Part shown: in pieces, positions 48,889 through 61,379 of the stretch
How the letters are laid out: every line of letters begins with the position of its first letter
Numbering within the stretch: the stretch's first letter is position 1
NCBI RefSeq assembly: GCF_964188315.1
Contig: NC_135655.1
Coordinates: forward strand, 82,212,001-82,276,000
Reading direction: 5' to 3'
DNA length: 64,000 bases
Source: Podarcis muralis
Lineage: Eukaryota
The notes under the pieces: generated by a model
What the model saw: the letters and a program-made list of their open reading frames with translations, nothing else
Database searches by the model: none
What the model was told of the DNA's origin: nothing
Made by a program: the position numbers and the translations under genes

Positions 48889-49979
48889 ATGTAATACTAC
48901 TGGGAGAGTGAAAAGTTAATAATTGTAGGAGAGCCTATCTGCCATCCAGAGGCAACATGGGAATATGAACACCTGGTTGGGTTATTGATAAAGTGGCTGC
49001 CAATAATTAGAAGCGATAGGCCATAACTGTGTTTATATTTAAATATTTTTAGAAGGGAAAAAGTCATCATGCTGCAGTTTGTGTGGCCGCCAATAGGCGA
49101 CCATGTGAACTGCAGCATGACAACAGTGGATGGAACAAGCAAAACCGATAGGATGACTATGTGAATGAGCAGGCCAGCAGAATGAGCAAACACACTGGCG
49201 GGCAGGCAGTCCAGGTGGGCTTTGATCTGTTCCCTGTGATGCTGCCACCCGCCTGTCTGCTTCCATGATTGCACAACAGAGGGAAGCCTGGGGTCTGAAC
49301 GAGCAGACGGCTTAGCTGAGTGAGTGGGTGGGTGGGGTGAGTGAACAGGCAGCCTGGAGATGGCCCAGGAAGGCCAGCAGTCCTTTACACAACCGTCATC
49401 ATTACTGCTTTCCATGGTTCACACCAGTTGTTTGTTTGTTGCGTCCAGAAAATAATGTATAAGGAAGTTCTTTGCTCTCCCTACAATGGTTTTTCTTAAT
49501 TTATAAAATTTGGCAAGTGTAAGAGCAACAAAATGGAAGGTGAACAATATAGAAAGATGAGTCTTCCTATATGAATTAATAAATTATTCTTTCATGAAAT
49601 TCCTGAAGCCAACCAAGGTTATGAGATCCCCTGGAAAATGCTTTAGAATGAGAATTGACTGATTCTCAACTTCACTGATTTTGTGGTTATCTTGTTCTTT
49701 CATTGTCTTCTCTTCCCCTATTGCTCAATCCATTACCTGCCTTTGGACTAGCCACACTCAACCTGCTGCTAGGGGAAACCCGTCAACCAGCACTGTTTTG
49801 AAAGCAAGGGTACCTCTCTTTTTCAGTGATGTCATGGATCCCTTAGAATGAGTGCCTTCTGCACCCTTCTCCTCCATCCCATAAATAACCTTCTATATGT
49901 TATTTGTCCACAAATAAAATATAGAGAACCAATATTAATGTGGAGGGGTAAGCCATGTGAATTTCCCCTATACTTACTA

Positions 49980-50218
49980 CAGTGGTACCTTGGGTTACAG
50001 ACACTTCGGGTTACAGATGCTTCAGGTTACAGACTCCGCTAACCCTGAAGTAGTACCTCGGGTTAAGAATTTTGCTTCAGGATGAGAACAGAACTTGTGC
50101 TCCGGTGACGCAGCCGCGGGAGGCCCCATTAGCTAAAGTGGCACCTCAGGTTAAGAACAGTTTCAGGGTAAGAACGGACCTCCAGAACAAATTAAGTTCT
50201 TAACCTGAGATACCACTG
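49980..50218. mobile_element. Tc1/mariner-type MITE
   Basis: TIR CAGTGGTACC / ATACCACTG; TA TSD on both sides. Confidence 0.9.
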
Positions 50219-50708
50219 TATTCCGATACCAGTTACAATTTTGCTCCCAGCCTAAAATATTAAAACCTGAGTTATCCATAGCACAACACATGGCCTCTTG
50301 CAAAAAAATATAAAGAATGGGACTGAGGAATTGAGAAGTTTGCACTTATTTTATCTTTAAATACCCAACCTTTCTCAGGGCTTAATCAAATAGTCAAATT
50401 TGATTCTGGGAAACCATACAGTATCCACTTTGGTCCTCTGCTATTATTGTGGTTGCATGGCCCTTTGGAATTGTTTCCTGTTCCTTGCAACTTCCTAGAG
50501 GGTTTGATTCATTTATTTCCCACCATCCATTCCCACCATTTTAACACATTTTCACAGGCAGCCTGCAATAACATGCCAATAACATGCCAACCATAGGGCC
50601 GGTTGCATTTGCTGACTCCAAGCAAAACAGAAATATACTATCACCCCAATGCTTGGTGACAAATCATACTGGAGAACAGGTCTAAATCCTTCCAACCCTT
50701 GCCACATA

Positions 50709-50950
50709 CAGTGGTACCTCAGGTTACAGATGTTTCAGGTTACAGACGCTTCAGGTTACAGACTCCGCTAACCCAGAAATAGTACCTCGGGTTAAGAACT
50801 TTGCTTCAGGATGAGAACAGAAATCACACAGTGGCAGTGCAGTGGCAGTGGGAGGCCCCATTAGCTAAAGTGGTGCTTCAGGTTAAGAGCAGTTTCAGGT
50901 TAAGAACGGACCTCCGGAACGAATTAAGTTCTTAACCCGAGGTACCACTG
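50709..50950. mobile_element. Tc1/mariner-type MITE (same family)
   Basis: TIR CAGTGGTACCTC / GAGGTACCACTG; TA TSD. Confidence 0.92.
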
Positions 50951-51599
50951 TAATGGTTTCATTCCAAATTTTCTTTAAATTAGTTGAAGTCCTTCCCATC
51001 ATCCTCTGTACAGAAGAAAGACTGCATTGCAGTACTCTGTATTTGCAAAAAAACCCCACCTTTCAGTCTGTTGAGATATAGTCTTTCTGCCAAAGAATTA
51101 AACATTGCAATAAATTTCATTTATTAAATTTGTATACCACCCTTCATCTGTAGATCTCAAGGCAGTTCATATAGCACAGGTATAAGATTTTAAAAAACAA
51201 CAACTAAAAAGACTTAAAAGCAACAACAAATTTATAGTACATGTTTAGTCCAACCAAAAGGAAATATGAAAGACAAAGGAGTAAGTACCACAAATAACCA
51301 CCCACCAAAGATTATGATTCCACCAAGGGCGAGAAACTCCCTGGTGACGTTCAGGTCCAGACCATTCAGATGGAAAGTTTGAAAAATCTTCTATCTTAGT
51401 ATTTTCTCTATCAATAGTTGGCCTTCCAAAAGGGAAACAGTTCGTTTCAGTTTACCAGTCTTTCTGGAGAAATGCTTCAGTCTGGTCATCTGCATAGCCT
51501 CAAGGGGAATATCTGTGATTCCTCCAACTCCATTTGTGCTTCTCGTTCTTGTAATTCTATGGTCTGGTTCTGGAGTGACCTTTTCTAGGTCAGTCCCTC

Positions 51600-52305
51600 A
51601 GCTGTGCTCCCCCGAGGCACCCGGTGTTCCCCTAACCTCCAGGGTAAAAACTGCAACAGGTCAGGAACTCATTTTAACTTGCATGCAGCGAATCCAGGTG
51701 TTGTTTCCTTCCAATTTTACAGAGGGATGAATGGCCTGATGAGGGCTATCCCACTGTGGCTCTGGGCAATTCTTTCTTATTACCTTCTTTACCAGGACCC
51801 AATCACAAGGTTGCAGATCATCCAGAGGCCAGGACTGAGTATTCCTAAAGAGCGTAAGAGTGAGAGTCAATGCATTCTGGAGTTCTTCAACATGTTCAGC
51901 CAATTTTTAATCTCCTCCCATTAGTGAAGCATATAGAATGCATAATGGCCCAGTTAACTGAAATAATCTTCCAAAGAGGACTTCATCGGGGCTCAGGCTT
52001 GTACCTACCATTGAGGTGGTTCTAAGCTAAGTTTCTTCACCAAGTTTTCCCTATCCCACCTTAATTTTCCCAGTAGTTTTCTCAACAAGCCCTTGATAAC
52101 TGTGGGCAATGCAGTGGATGCAGTTGCTGGGTTATTCCCAAGGATGTAAGCACTGTTTAAACAGCTTGGTTATTGAAGTGGGGTCCCAAATCTGGCTCTG
52201 TTATTTGAGGACCTCCAAACTGGGGGATGATATCCTTCAGTAGAGCTTTGACTACTGAAGCAGCACCTTCCTTTCTGGTCAGGAAAGCCATTTCAAAAAA
52301 GTACA
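51600..52305 (-). mobile_element. Endogenous retrovirus integrase relic (gamma/epsilon-like)
   Basis: Minus-strand translation AFLTRKEGAASVVKALLKDIIPQFGGPQITEPDLGPHF...LGITQQLH...GLVEK, then LQPCDWVLVKK..RKNCPEPQWDSPHQ...VKLEGNNTWI; contains stops and frameshifts. Confidence 0.75.
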
Positions 52306-52389
52306 AATCATTACATCCACCACTTCCTTCTCAGTTTCCTCTATCCATGCTTTACTCAAAAGATGCTGATAGCCCTGGTATGGAGGCAT

Positions 52390-52535
52390 ATCTGCAAAGT
52401 CAGTCTGTAATCTCTGAAGGGGGCCAAAGATGTTACTGGAATACAACTCCCATCATCCCTGACTATTCGCCATGATTGCTGGAGAAGATTGAGAGTCTAG
52501 CGACATCTGAAGGGCCTCAGGAACCCATCCCTGCT
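52390..52535. mobile_element. hAT-type MITE
   Basis: Core gaatacaactcccatcatccctgac; arms ...gaagggggccaaagatg / catctgaagggcc. Confidence 0.55.
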
Positions 52536-53099
52536 TCAGAGCAAGGAAGGAATCAGGATTGTGTCACACAATTACCTGATGAGACTAACAAGATGGTGAT
52601 TATTACTGCGTGGTCTCTCTAGGATGAGTGTCATGGGAAGTTGCCCCCAAGGCTTTCTGTTGTTCAATAAGCACATATGCTCTCATCACCTCTAGAATCA
52701 GTTCTTTAAAACGTATGTACACTCATAGCCTCTAGAATCAGTGCACAATATGAAGAAAATTCTGTTTGACTACAGGTAAGGCTGAGGTGATGCAGTCAGA
52801 TCCTATAATATACATGCTGAGTTTTTATGGGGAAGGAATAATCTTTCTTCTGCAAGAATAGTAGTTGCCATTACTGAAAGTATTTATCCACACTTAATGG
52901 GTTTTTTAAAAATTAGGTAAATATCCATTTTAATGAACTTTGAATCTTTTGTTTTCAGTTAGTTTGAGTAGCTGGAAATCAATGAGTATCTAGTTGAGGA
53001 TGCAGGGCTTACTAAACTGTGATTTCTGAATTTAGGGAGGGGAAACACTGAATGGAGTAAACTGCTTTAATTTTGGCTTAAAGCTGCTTTCCCCCACCC

Positions 53100-53650
53100 T
53101 CAGTGTCACCTACCCCTGCTTACTCTACTCAGACCTCTGTCATTGTTCAAGATTGCTCCTTTCCCCCTCTCAATTTTTCTACATGCCTGCTTTATTCAAG
53201 CCTCTGTTGTTTTAAATTTGGCATTTTTCCATCTTTGCTTTCCTCAAACCTCTGCTGTCATTTAAAACCACAACTATCATTCAATCTCTGCTTTACTTAA
53301 ACCCCAGTTGTTGTTTTAAAATGGGCAATTCCCTCTATGTCTTTCCATTCCCGCTTTACTCAAACATCTGTTCTTGTTTAAAACCACAATTTTCCTCTCA
53401 GTGTTTCTCCACCCCTGCTCAAAGTTCTGTCATTGTTTAAAATAGTCTCTATTTTTTATTTCATTATCTCACACATATCTTATGTGTGAGATATAAAGGA
53501 TGTGGAGCCCTCATATATTCCATTGTAAGAAGGTACTTTACTTAAATCTCTGCTGTTGTTTAAATCCACCTCTTCCTTCTCCGTTTCCTCTATCCATGCT
53601 TTACTCAAATGTCTGCCTTTCTTTAAAACCACCACCTTACCCTTCTCAGT
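53100..53650. repeat. Degenerate ~55-65-bp minisatellite, ~8 units
   Basis: Recurring 'ctgctttactcaaacctctgttgttgtttaaaacc' at ~53118, 53187, 53235, 53288, 53352, 53414, 53534 and 53596. Confidence 0.75.
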
Positions 53651-54170
53651 GCCTTTGCCTTCTCATTCCCAGGTCATGTCCATGGCTGGTGTGCAACCTC
53701 CATTGTCTTTTGCTCCCATACACCATGATAATTTCATGCAAACCCAGGCTTATGATGAGGCAGTGCCAATCCTCCAATGGGGGCTGCATGATGAAAGGAA
53801 GGCATGGCCAGTTGGTCCCTGAAGAGTTGAGAGTGGTAAAGAAAATCTGAAATGATGGCACACACTCATTAAAGCCCCTCCTGTCTTTTTTATTTTGATG
53901 AATGTACACAAATATAAAATTAACTCTGGAGTGGCCATGCATTTGCCTAATGTAAGTGGAGTTTGGTTCATAGTGCAACATGAAAAATATTTTGAAAAAT
54001 ATTTTTCCAAATTATATAAATGAAAATCACATTCTTTTTTTAAAAAATTAAAATGTTTCCAATGCACACTCTTATATTATCTCAGGTTTTCACTATGATT
54101 TTCAATGTTTTCTCTTATCTATCCTAATTTTAGCCCTCATTACTGATTGATGGTTAATCATACTGGAAGA

Positions 54171-55121
54171 ATGCAAGAGGGGAACAGGACCCAGGTGTCT
54201 GAGTTCATTCTCTCAGGATTCACAGATCGTTCTGAAGTGGAGATACCCTTGTTTTTGCTCTTCCTATTAATTTACCTACTGACAGTGATGGGAAATTTGG
54301 GTATGATTGTGTTGATCCAGACAGACTCCCTTTTGCAGTCTCCAATGTATTTTTTCCTCAGCAACCTGTCCTTCATTGACATTTGCTACTCCTCCATCAT
54401 CATTCCCAGGCTGCTGTATGATCTCCTTACAGAGAGGAAGGTGATTTCATACAATGAATGTGCAACCCAGATGTGGTGCTTCACCCTCTATGCTACAACA
54501 GAGTGCTACGTTCTGGCTGCTATGGCTTATGACCGTTTTGTTGCCATCTGCAAACCACTGGTTTATCCTATTGCCATGGCTAGAAACATCTGTCTTCAGC
54601 TTGTGGCTGGGTGCTACCTGGTGGGGCTTGTGAATGCTATTGTTCACACCTGTGGAACCTTTAGTTTGTCTTTCTGTGGTCCCAATGTAATTAGCTCCTT
54701 CTATTGTGACATCCCTCCTTTGTTGCGACTCTCCTGCTCAGACAACTATGTTTCCAAGGTTGTACTCTTTGTCCTTTCCACTTTTGTCGTGGTAGGGAAT
54801 GCAATTATTGTTCTTGTGTCCTATGCTTATGTCATCTCTGCCATCTTGAGGATGCGGTCATCCACAGGTAGACAGAAGACCTTCTCAACCTGTGCCTCAC
54901 ACCTGACTGCTGTTGTACTGTATTACGGGTCCTTGACCTTCATGTATGTGCAGCCTGGAGGCATTGAGGCAGTGGAGCAAGACAAGATTGTGTCCGTCTT
55001 CTACACCATTGTGATCCCCATGGTGAACCCCGTCATCTACAGTCTGAGGAACGAGGAGGTGAAAAGAGCCCTGAAGAAAAGACTAAGCAATAATATCTTA
55101 CTCCCACAGCAAAAGCAGTGA
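54171..55121 (+). CDS. Olfactory receptor, family 5/9-like, 316 aa (start MQEGNRT; in-frame upstream ATG at 54150 possible)
   Basis: NRT site, [41 protein letters not shown]; acceptor CTAATTTTAG just upstream. Confidence 0.96.
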   Translation: MQEGNRTQVSEFILSGFTDRSEVEIPLFLLFLLIYLLTVMGNLGMIVLIQTDSLLQSPMYFFLSNLSFIDICYSSIIIPRLLYDLLTERKVISYNECATQMWCFTLYATTECYVLAAMAYDRFVAICKPLVYPIAMARNICLQLVAGCYLVGLVNAIVHTCGTFSLSFCGPNVISSFYCDIPPLLRLSCSDNYVSKVVLFVLSTFVVVGNAIIVLVSYAYVISAILRMRSSTGRQKTFSTCASHLTAVVLYYGSLTFMYVQPGGIEAVEQDKIVSVFYTIVIPMVNPVIYSLRNEEVKRALKKRLSNNILLPQQKQ

Positions 55122-55229
55122 ATATTCATGTGGTTATTGTTGTTAAAATGTTGTCCTATCTTGCACCTTTGTCTCACACAACATTGGATTTGAGCCAAAA
55201 TATATCAGAAGTCGTTTTTCTGGAGAGAG

Positions 55230-55670
55230 AGAAAATATCACTGTTTTCCCATTTCAGGCTGGGTACATTCGCAGCTCTGCTGCAACATGCCAGGAATTGA
55301 ACTATGGCTTCCTACTCCTTTTTGATTTGTCTCCAGAAATATATGAGAAAACTCCTTAAAAATACCCCATTGGGTCTTGACCCCAGCCCATCTTGCACAT
55401 ATGTCTAAATTTGGGTCCCCTATGTGTTGGAAGGTATGTATCGAAAGAGCACATGTGGTGGTCTTGCAAACATGTATACGAATTTTGAGAAGAGTTAATG
55501 AAGAAATTTCTGAAATAATAGGTGAACTGTTGCCTTTAAACCCGTAACTATGACTTTTATCCATTTCTGATTTGTTTAATACAGACTTAATATGTAATTC
55601 TGTGAAGTGCCCTAAAACCCCCGGGTATAGGGTGGTATATAAATTCAATAAATAAATAATAAATAAACAA
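55230..55670 (+). mobile_element. L1 LINE ORF2 C-terminal fragment
   Basis: Degenerate 'W.LTP..L..M......CW.......HMWWSCKHV' zinc-knuckle region; A-rich tail (aataaataaat). Confidence 0.6.
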
Positions 55671-55943
55671 ACCACTTACATTTTTCCCCCCTAACAGGAG
55701 CTGCTCATTTGACAATATCACAGGGCTGGAAGGTGTCCTCAGGTTTTTCTTTAAATATTTGGTTCTATAAAGTAATGCTTGTTCCCATTTTTGAGAAATT
55801 GACTTATACATTAAATTGACTTATACATTAATCCAGATCTAGGTAAACCTATGGATCTTGCTTCCATTTTGTGGCCATTTGTTACTTACCGTATATAATA
55901 CGCCAATCATGGGGGTGGCAAGTCTCAATGAAATATGACTCTA

Positions 55944-56169
55944 CAGTGGTACCTCTGGTTACATACGCTTCAGGTTACAGACTCTGCTAACCCAGAAATA
56001 GTGCTTCAGGTTAAGAACTTTGCTTCAGGATGAGAACAGAAATCGTGCTCCGGCGGCACGGCAGCAGCAGGAGGCCCCATTAGCTAAAGTGGTGCTTCAG
56101 GTTAAGAACAGTTTCAGGTTAAGTACGGACCTCCGGAACGAATTAAGTACTTAACCCGAGGTACCACTG
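55944..56169. mobile_element. Tc1/mariner-type MITE (same family as 49980 and 50709)
   Basis: CAGTGGTACCTC...GAGGTACCACTG. Confidence 0.9.
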
Positions 56170-57419
56170 AATTTGGTATTCATAACATTTGTTTTGTTCC
56201 AGTTCTGTATCAGTTTGGTTTTTGTTGTAAAATCTAATTCAGTGTGTGGTCTGCACGATTAATCCCCTGACTTGGCAAGGAACAAATGGTAAGGTTCTGG
56301 TCATAGACCTTTGTAGAGGTCTATTGATTTTCTGAAAGCTTTAAAGAAGTAGCAGCCCTTGTTTCCATTGGTAGAAACCTGCTGGGAAATAGCCAAATGA
56401 TTAAGTTAGTTAGGGTATTTAAAAACACAAAGACCAGGAAAAATTCTTGTCTTGCCCTCAGATAAAACACCTGTTTAATTGGCCAAAAGCCCATTGAAGG
56501 AAATGTACTGCAGTTTCAATGTGTTCTTGTAGCCGTTGAGGAAATTGGTTGATTGTAAAGAGTTCTCTTTTGTTTTCTAGTTGGAATGTCAAAACACAGG
56601 CTGTAAACCTGTGCAATATACTTGGGGAAGGAATCAAACTTTATTTAGGACATTGGTTTCTGGTAGTCATCATTTTGGAATCCATTAACTCCTTTCTCCA
56701 GTCCAATATATACCAGCAGAGAACCCATTTGTCAACTGTCAATCCTTATGTTACAAATATGTATCAGCAGGCTTTGGGTGGGAAAACCCAAAGGATTGTA
56801 GAAGTATCCAAAAGACAACAAACCTGGGTGGCTTGGGGAAGACACAAAAACAGACCAATGAAGAACATGGTCAGTGGCTGGAATACACTGTTTGTGATCC
56901 TCCCTGCTCTTTTCCTTTGCATCTTGGCACCACTCCACTCCCCCAGCCCTTGCACCTCCCAATTCTTTAAATCAGCGGTGACCAACCTTTTATGCCAGAC
57001 TGAGTCCAATGGTAAATTTGGGATTTTGAGTGAGTGAGTGAGGTGGGCTCCTGGTGGCAGGGATGGTTCTTGACCCAAAATAACTGCCATGAGTGGGTGT
57101 AGCTTGAAAAAAAATGGGGAATACTACTATTCCTATATACGTATGTGGATTTATCCACATTTAATGTTTTCTTTTTCTAGATGTTAACATCCATTTCACT
57201 GAAGAGGTAGGTGAGGCTGGTGAAGTCAAAGACTTTCAGACAGCCTTCTAATACTACCTTTCCAAGTGTTTGCCTTACACCCCATTTTCCTTTTTTGCTG
57301 TTGCTTTAGTCTGCAAGCCTGGGGTTAAAGACTGTCTTACCACTTATATTTGTAAGCTGCTCACAGAGACTTTTGTCAGTTGAAGAATGGGGTTAAAAAG
57401 CTCTAAATGAATAAACTTG

Positions 57420-57730
57420 GATGGTGATAGAGGGTTGTTCTCAGTGTCTAATTTGAATTTTCTCAAGATGTGGCAACAAGATGTTTTAATTAGGTCCACA
57501 GAGCATTTCTATTGTTATGATATCCAAAAGGACTTCCAAAACCAACTATAAAATCCTTGTTTCTCCATTGGAAGTCACACTTCCCCTTGACTCCTTTTAA
57601 TATTAAGCCTTGACCTGCTAAAACTGAAAGATTAAACCAGAAACATGGACCATATCAGAGGAGAGTCACTGAATGATCTACAAAACTTTTTTATTTCATG
57701 CACGTCACTGCTAAAGCCAAAAGGTAAGGT
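57420..57730 (+). promoter_or_regulatory. Candidate promoter / 5' non-coding exon for the 58636 OR
   Basis: Homologous to 61380-61770; contains TTTAATTAGG and O/E-like TTCCCCTTGA; ends at donor AG|GTAAGG (57724). Confidence 0.4.
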
Positions 57731-58635
57731 GCTAATCATAGACCTTTCCCACCCCAATCTATACCAGCCCAGAACTCATTCTTCAAGCGTCAATCCTTAT
57801 GGAGCCAAAACTGTAGCACCAGCCATGAGAGAGGTGTCAGCAGACTTTGGGGGAACTGAAAGATTTGTAGACATAGCAAAAAACAAGCAAACCTGGTTAA
57901 CTTGGGGGAAAATAGAAGAACAGACCAATGAAAACTGAGCATGATCAGTGGCCAGAGAACACTGTTTATTCAGGGAAGAGTGGGAAAGAGACCGTGGGAA
58001 TGGAATGGAGTATCCTGCTCCATACAGTTTCAAAGGGACATAGTCATCCATTAAGAGAGCTATGGCTGAAAGTGGGGCATACATTGATAAAATACTCTGG
58101 GCTGTGAACTTGCTCTCTTCACTGGCTAACCCTGTCTACTCTAACCCATCTTAACTTGCTCACTTGCTCACCAGGTGCCTACAGGGCTGCACTGTTTTCA
58201 GAGGTGGGAAGGAGAGCAGCAGGAGAACAAAGCCCTTTGTGATCCTCCCCCCTTCTCCTTTGTGCCATGCTTTGTTGGAGCTGCAATCATGTACATGCAC
58301 ATACACACACCACCCTACCTCTCTCCATTTCTCTGTCGCTCACAGAACACACACATGACTTTCTCCCTTATAAAAGCCTAGCCAGGCTTGCAGACAGTTG
58401 GAGAAACAATTAGGGCAACCATCTCAACTGCTTCTCCAACACTTTGGTCATTATGTAAGAGGAACAAATGTTTTTGAAAAGTATATTTCCAATAATGGAA
58501 ATCACAATTTTAAAAGATGGTTTGCAATGCACCCCCTTGTATTACCTCAGCTTTTCACTTTGCTTTCCAATCCTTCCCCTTATCTATCCTAATTTTAGCT
58601 GTCATTCCTGACTGAAAGTTAATCATATTGGAGAA

Positions 58636-59583
58636 ATGCAAGAGGTGAACAGAACCCAGGTGTCTGAGTTCATTCTTTTAGGATTCACAGATCATTCTGA
58701 AGTGGAGATACCCTTGTTTTTGCTCTTTCTACTAATCTACCTCCTAACAGTGATGGGGAATCTGGGTATGATTGTGTTAATCCAGACAGATCCCGTTTTG
58801 CAATCTCCAATGTACTTTTTCCTCAGCAACCTGTCCTTCATTGACATTTGCTACTCCTCCACTATCATTCCCAGGCTGTTGTGGGACCTCCTTACAAATA
58901 GGAAGGTGATTTCGTACAATGCATGTGCGACCCAGATGTGGTTCTTCACCCTCTATGCTACAACAGAGTGCTACCTTCTGGCTGCTATGGCTTATGACCG
59001 TTTTGTTGCCATCTGCAAACCATTGGTTTATCCTATTGCCATGGCCAGAAATGTGTGTCTTCAGCTTTTGGCTGGGAGCTACCTGGTGGGACTTTTTATT
59101 GCCATTGTCCACACAAGTGGTGTCTTTAGGCTCTCCTTCTGTGGTCCCAATGAAATCAGTTCCTTCTACTGTGACATCCCTCCTTTGTTGCGGCTTTCCT
59201 GCTCAGACAACTATGTTTCCAAGGTTGTACTCTTCGTCCTTTCCACTTTTGTCGTGGTAGGGAATGCAATTATTGTTCTTATCTCCTATGGTTACATCAT
59301 TTCCACCATTTTGAGGATGCGGTCACCCACAAGCAGACAGAAGACCTTCTCAACCTGTGCCTCACACCTGACTGCCGTTGTACTGTATTACGGGTCTTTG
59401 ACCTTCATGTATGTGCAGCCTGGAGGCATTGAGGCAGTGGAGCAAGACAAGATTGTGTCCGTCTTCTACACCATTGTGATCCCCATGGTGAACCCCGTCA
59501 TCTACAGTCTGAGGAACGAGGAGGTGAAAAGAGCCCTGAAGAAAAGACTGAGTAAGAAAATCTTTCACCAGAGGCCACAGTAG
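58636..59583 (+). CDS. Olfactory receptor, family 5/9-like, 315 aa
   Basis: Intact OR motifs; close paralog of 54171-55121. Confidence 0.97.
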   Translation: MQEVNRTQVSEFILLGFTDHSEVEIPLFLLFLLIYLLTVMGNLGMIVLIQTDPVLQSPMYFFLSNLSFIDICYSSTIIPRLLWDLLTNRKVISYNACATQMWFFTLYATTECYLLAAMAYDRFVAICKPLVYPIAMARNVCLQLLAGSYLVGLFIAIVHTSGVFRLSFCGPNEISSFYCDIPPLLRLSCSDNYVSKVVLFVLSTFVVVGNAIIVLISYGYIISTILRMRSPTSRQKTFSTCASHLTAVVLYYGSLTFMYVQPGGIEAVEQDKIVSVFYTIVIPMVNPVIYSLRNEEVKRALKKRLSKKIFHQRPQ

Positions 59584-61039
59584 CAAACATTCATATGGTG
59601 TGGATTATTATGATTTTCCTCAGTCCTGCGCATTTGTCTGCCCTCTCACAACCTATCTATGGGTGATACTGGAGCTGAGCCTAAATTTCTGAGATGTGAT
59701 TTTTCTAAGGCAATTTCTGATATTCTTTTTCTGTTTTGAGTGCTATAAAAGCTTGGTGAAATAAATAAATAAATGACAAATCCAGGTAGGTTTGAGGAAC
59801 TGGGTGGGTAGGTGTTGCGGTGGTGGTGGGGATGTTGGTCAGGCTGCCAGGACAATTACTGCTTTCCAAATACTGGGCATTAATGGAGTATTGCTTCTGC
59901 TGTTGAGGGTGAAGGGGTGATGCAGCCACAGTAGCAAAAGCATTGAATTGTCTCTGTGCTGAGGCATCAAAGCACTGACTTCCCCATGCCTGAGTCATCT
60001 GCTCCCTCTCCCTCTCTGGAACTGGCAGTGACACTTGGCATCGGGAAGGCATGTGAGCAGTGCCACCATCCCTGTGCTGCCTCACTGCCTGCTGCAATTG
60101 CTATTGCCATTTCCAGTGGCAGCAATTTTTTAATTCATTAAAAAAAAGAAGCTGTGCTGCTCCCACTGCTAAAGTTGAGCCCCATTTCTGAGATACTGTG
60201 ATCCCTGCTCCTGACAGTCCCTGCAGAAATTTAGTAAAATAGCCCACCAATTTGTCTATCTGGAAATATGGCAGAGAAATTTGAGAGGCTATTTGTGCAC
60301 AGCCCAATCCTATATATTGCATGCATTTTACTGTCTATACAACACTATCATTTTTCAACATCTGGCAGAATTTCAGAATGCAATTCTGATTTATTTATTT
60401 TTTTGAATAGCAAATCTTTCCATTTATTGCTCTTTTAGAATTTTGAGTTTGAGGACTGTTTTTGAAGAATTGATGTAAAGCAGGGATGGAAAATGCCCAG
60501 ATATTATTGGACTACAACTCCCATTACCACTGGTCATGTGGCTGTGGCTTGCTCCCACCACCACAATGAGAAGGATGGGTTAGCTTTGACTGGAGGCATA
60601 CCAATCTGGTCAGTGGTGCTGCTATTGCCAGCACCTCCCTCTGCCCCCTTTGACTGTGCACCATAGCTACACACAGGAGTGCTGACCTGAGCCCCTAGGT
60701 TATGAGTGCCCAATGACGCCTGTGATGTAACATGATGTCATGATGTCACGACTTCATGACTTCATGTTGTGTTGGTGGCACAGCAGTGCTTCCGAGGCCT
60801 TTCGGGGTCTCGGAGGTTACATCCAAGGCCTCATGAGACCTCCAATGAGATTTCCAGTTTTTACCGGAGGTCGTGTTCAGATGCTGGCAGGGCCTCGGAC
60901 ATTGGTTCTGAGACCTCGCAGGGTCTCCGAGGTCACATCTGAGGCCTTGCGATACTTACATGGAACAAACACAAGAAACAAACAACTAAGACTGCGGCCA
61001 AAATGGAGGGTGGAGGGTGCACTAGCCAACTAAGATAAA

Positions 61040-61340
61040 ACACAGGCAACAAACAATGTTTACTTATTTATTTACCAATTTACTGACTTTAAGGAAGGGA
61101 ATGATTAATTGGCAAAGGACAGAGAAACGAACAGATAATAGGCTGGATACCAGTAGGCACTGGATGGGAAAACAAGACAAAATAATTAATATAAATAACT
61201 ACTAATGAATTAACCACTAATGTTAACGAAAGCTAAGTAGGGTACTACTGCAAAGATTCACACATACACACATGCACAAACATCACAAGCTGAAGTGGAA
61301 CACAGAACTGTAAAAAAAAAACCTATCTAAAAAGCTTTAG
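61040..61340 (+). mobile_element. Probable old L1 3' remnant
   Basis: Degenerate coding-like stretch followed by an A-rich end; weak. Confidence 0.3.
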
Positions 61341-61379
61341 ATAAAAAACAAACTTTAGCTCCTTGGACAGAGGACAGAA

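Noticed and set aside
48897-49415. 172-aa minus-strand ORF in the divergent gap
   Set aside because: No recognisable domain or splice context and it overlaps MITE-adjacent sequence; likely a chance ORF, although a BLAST search would be needed to exclude it.
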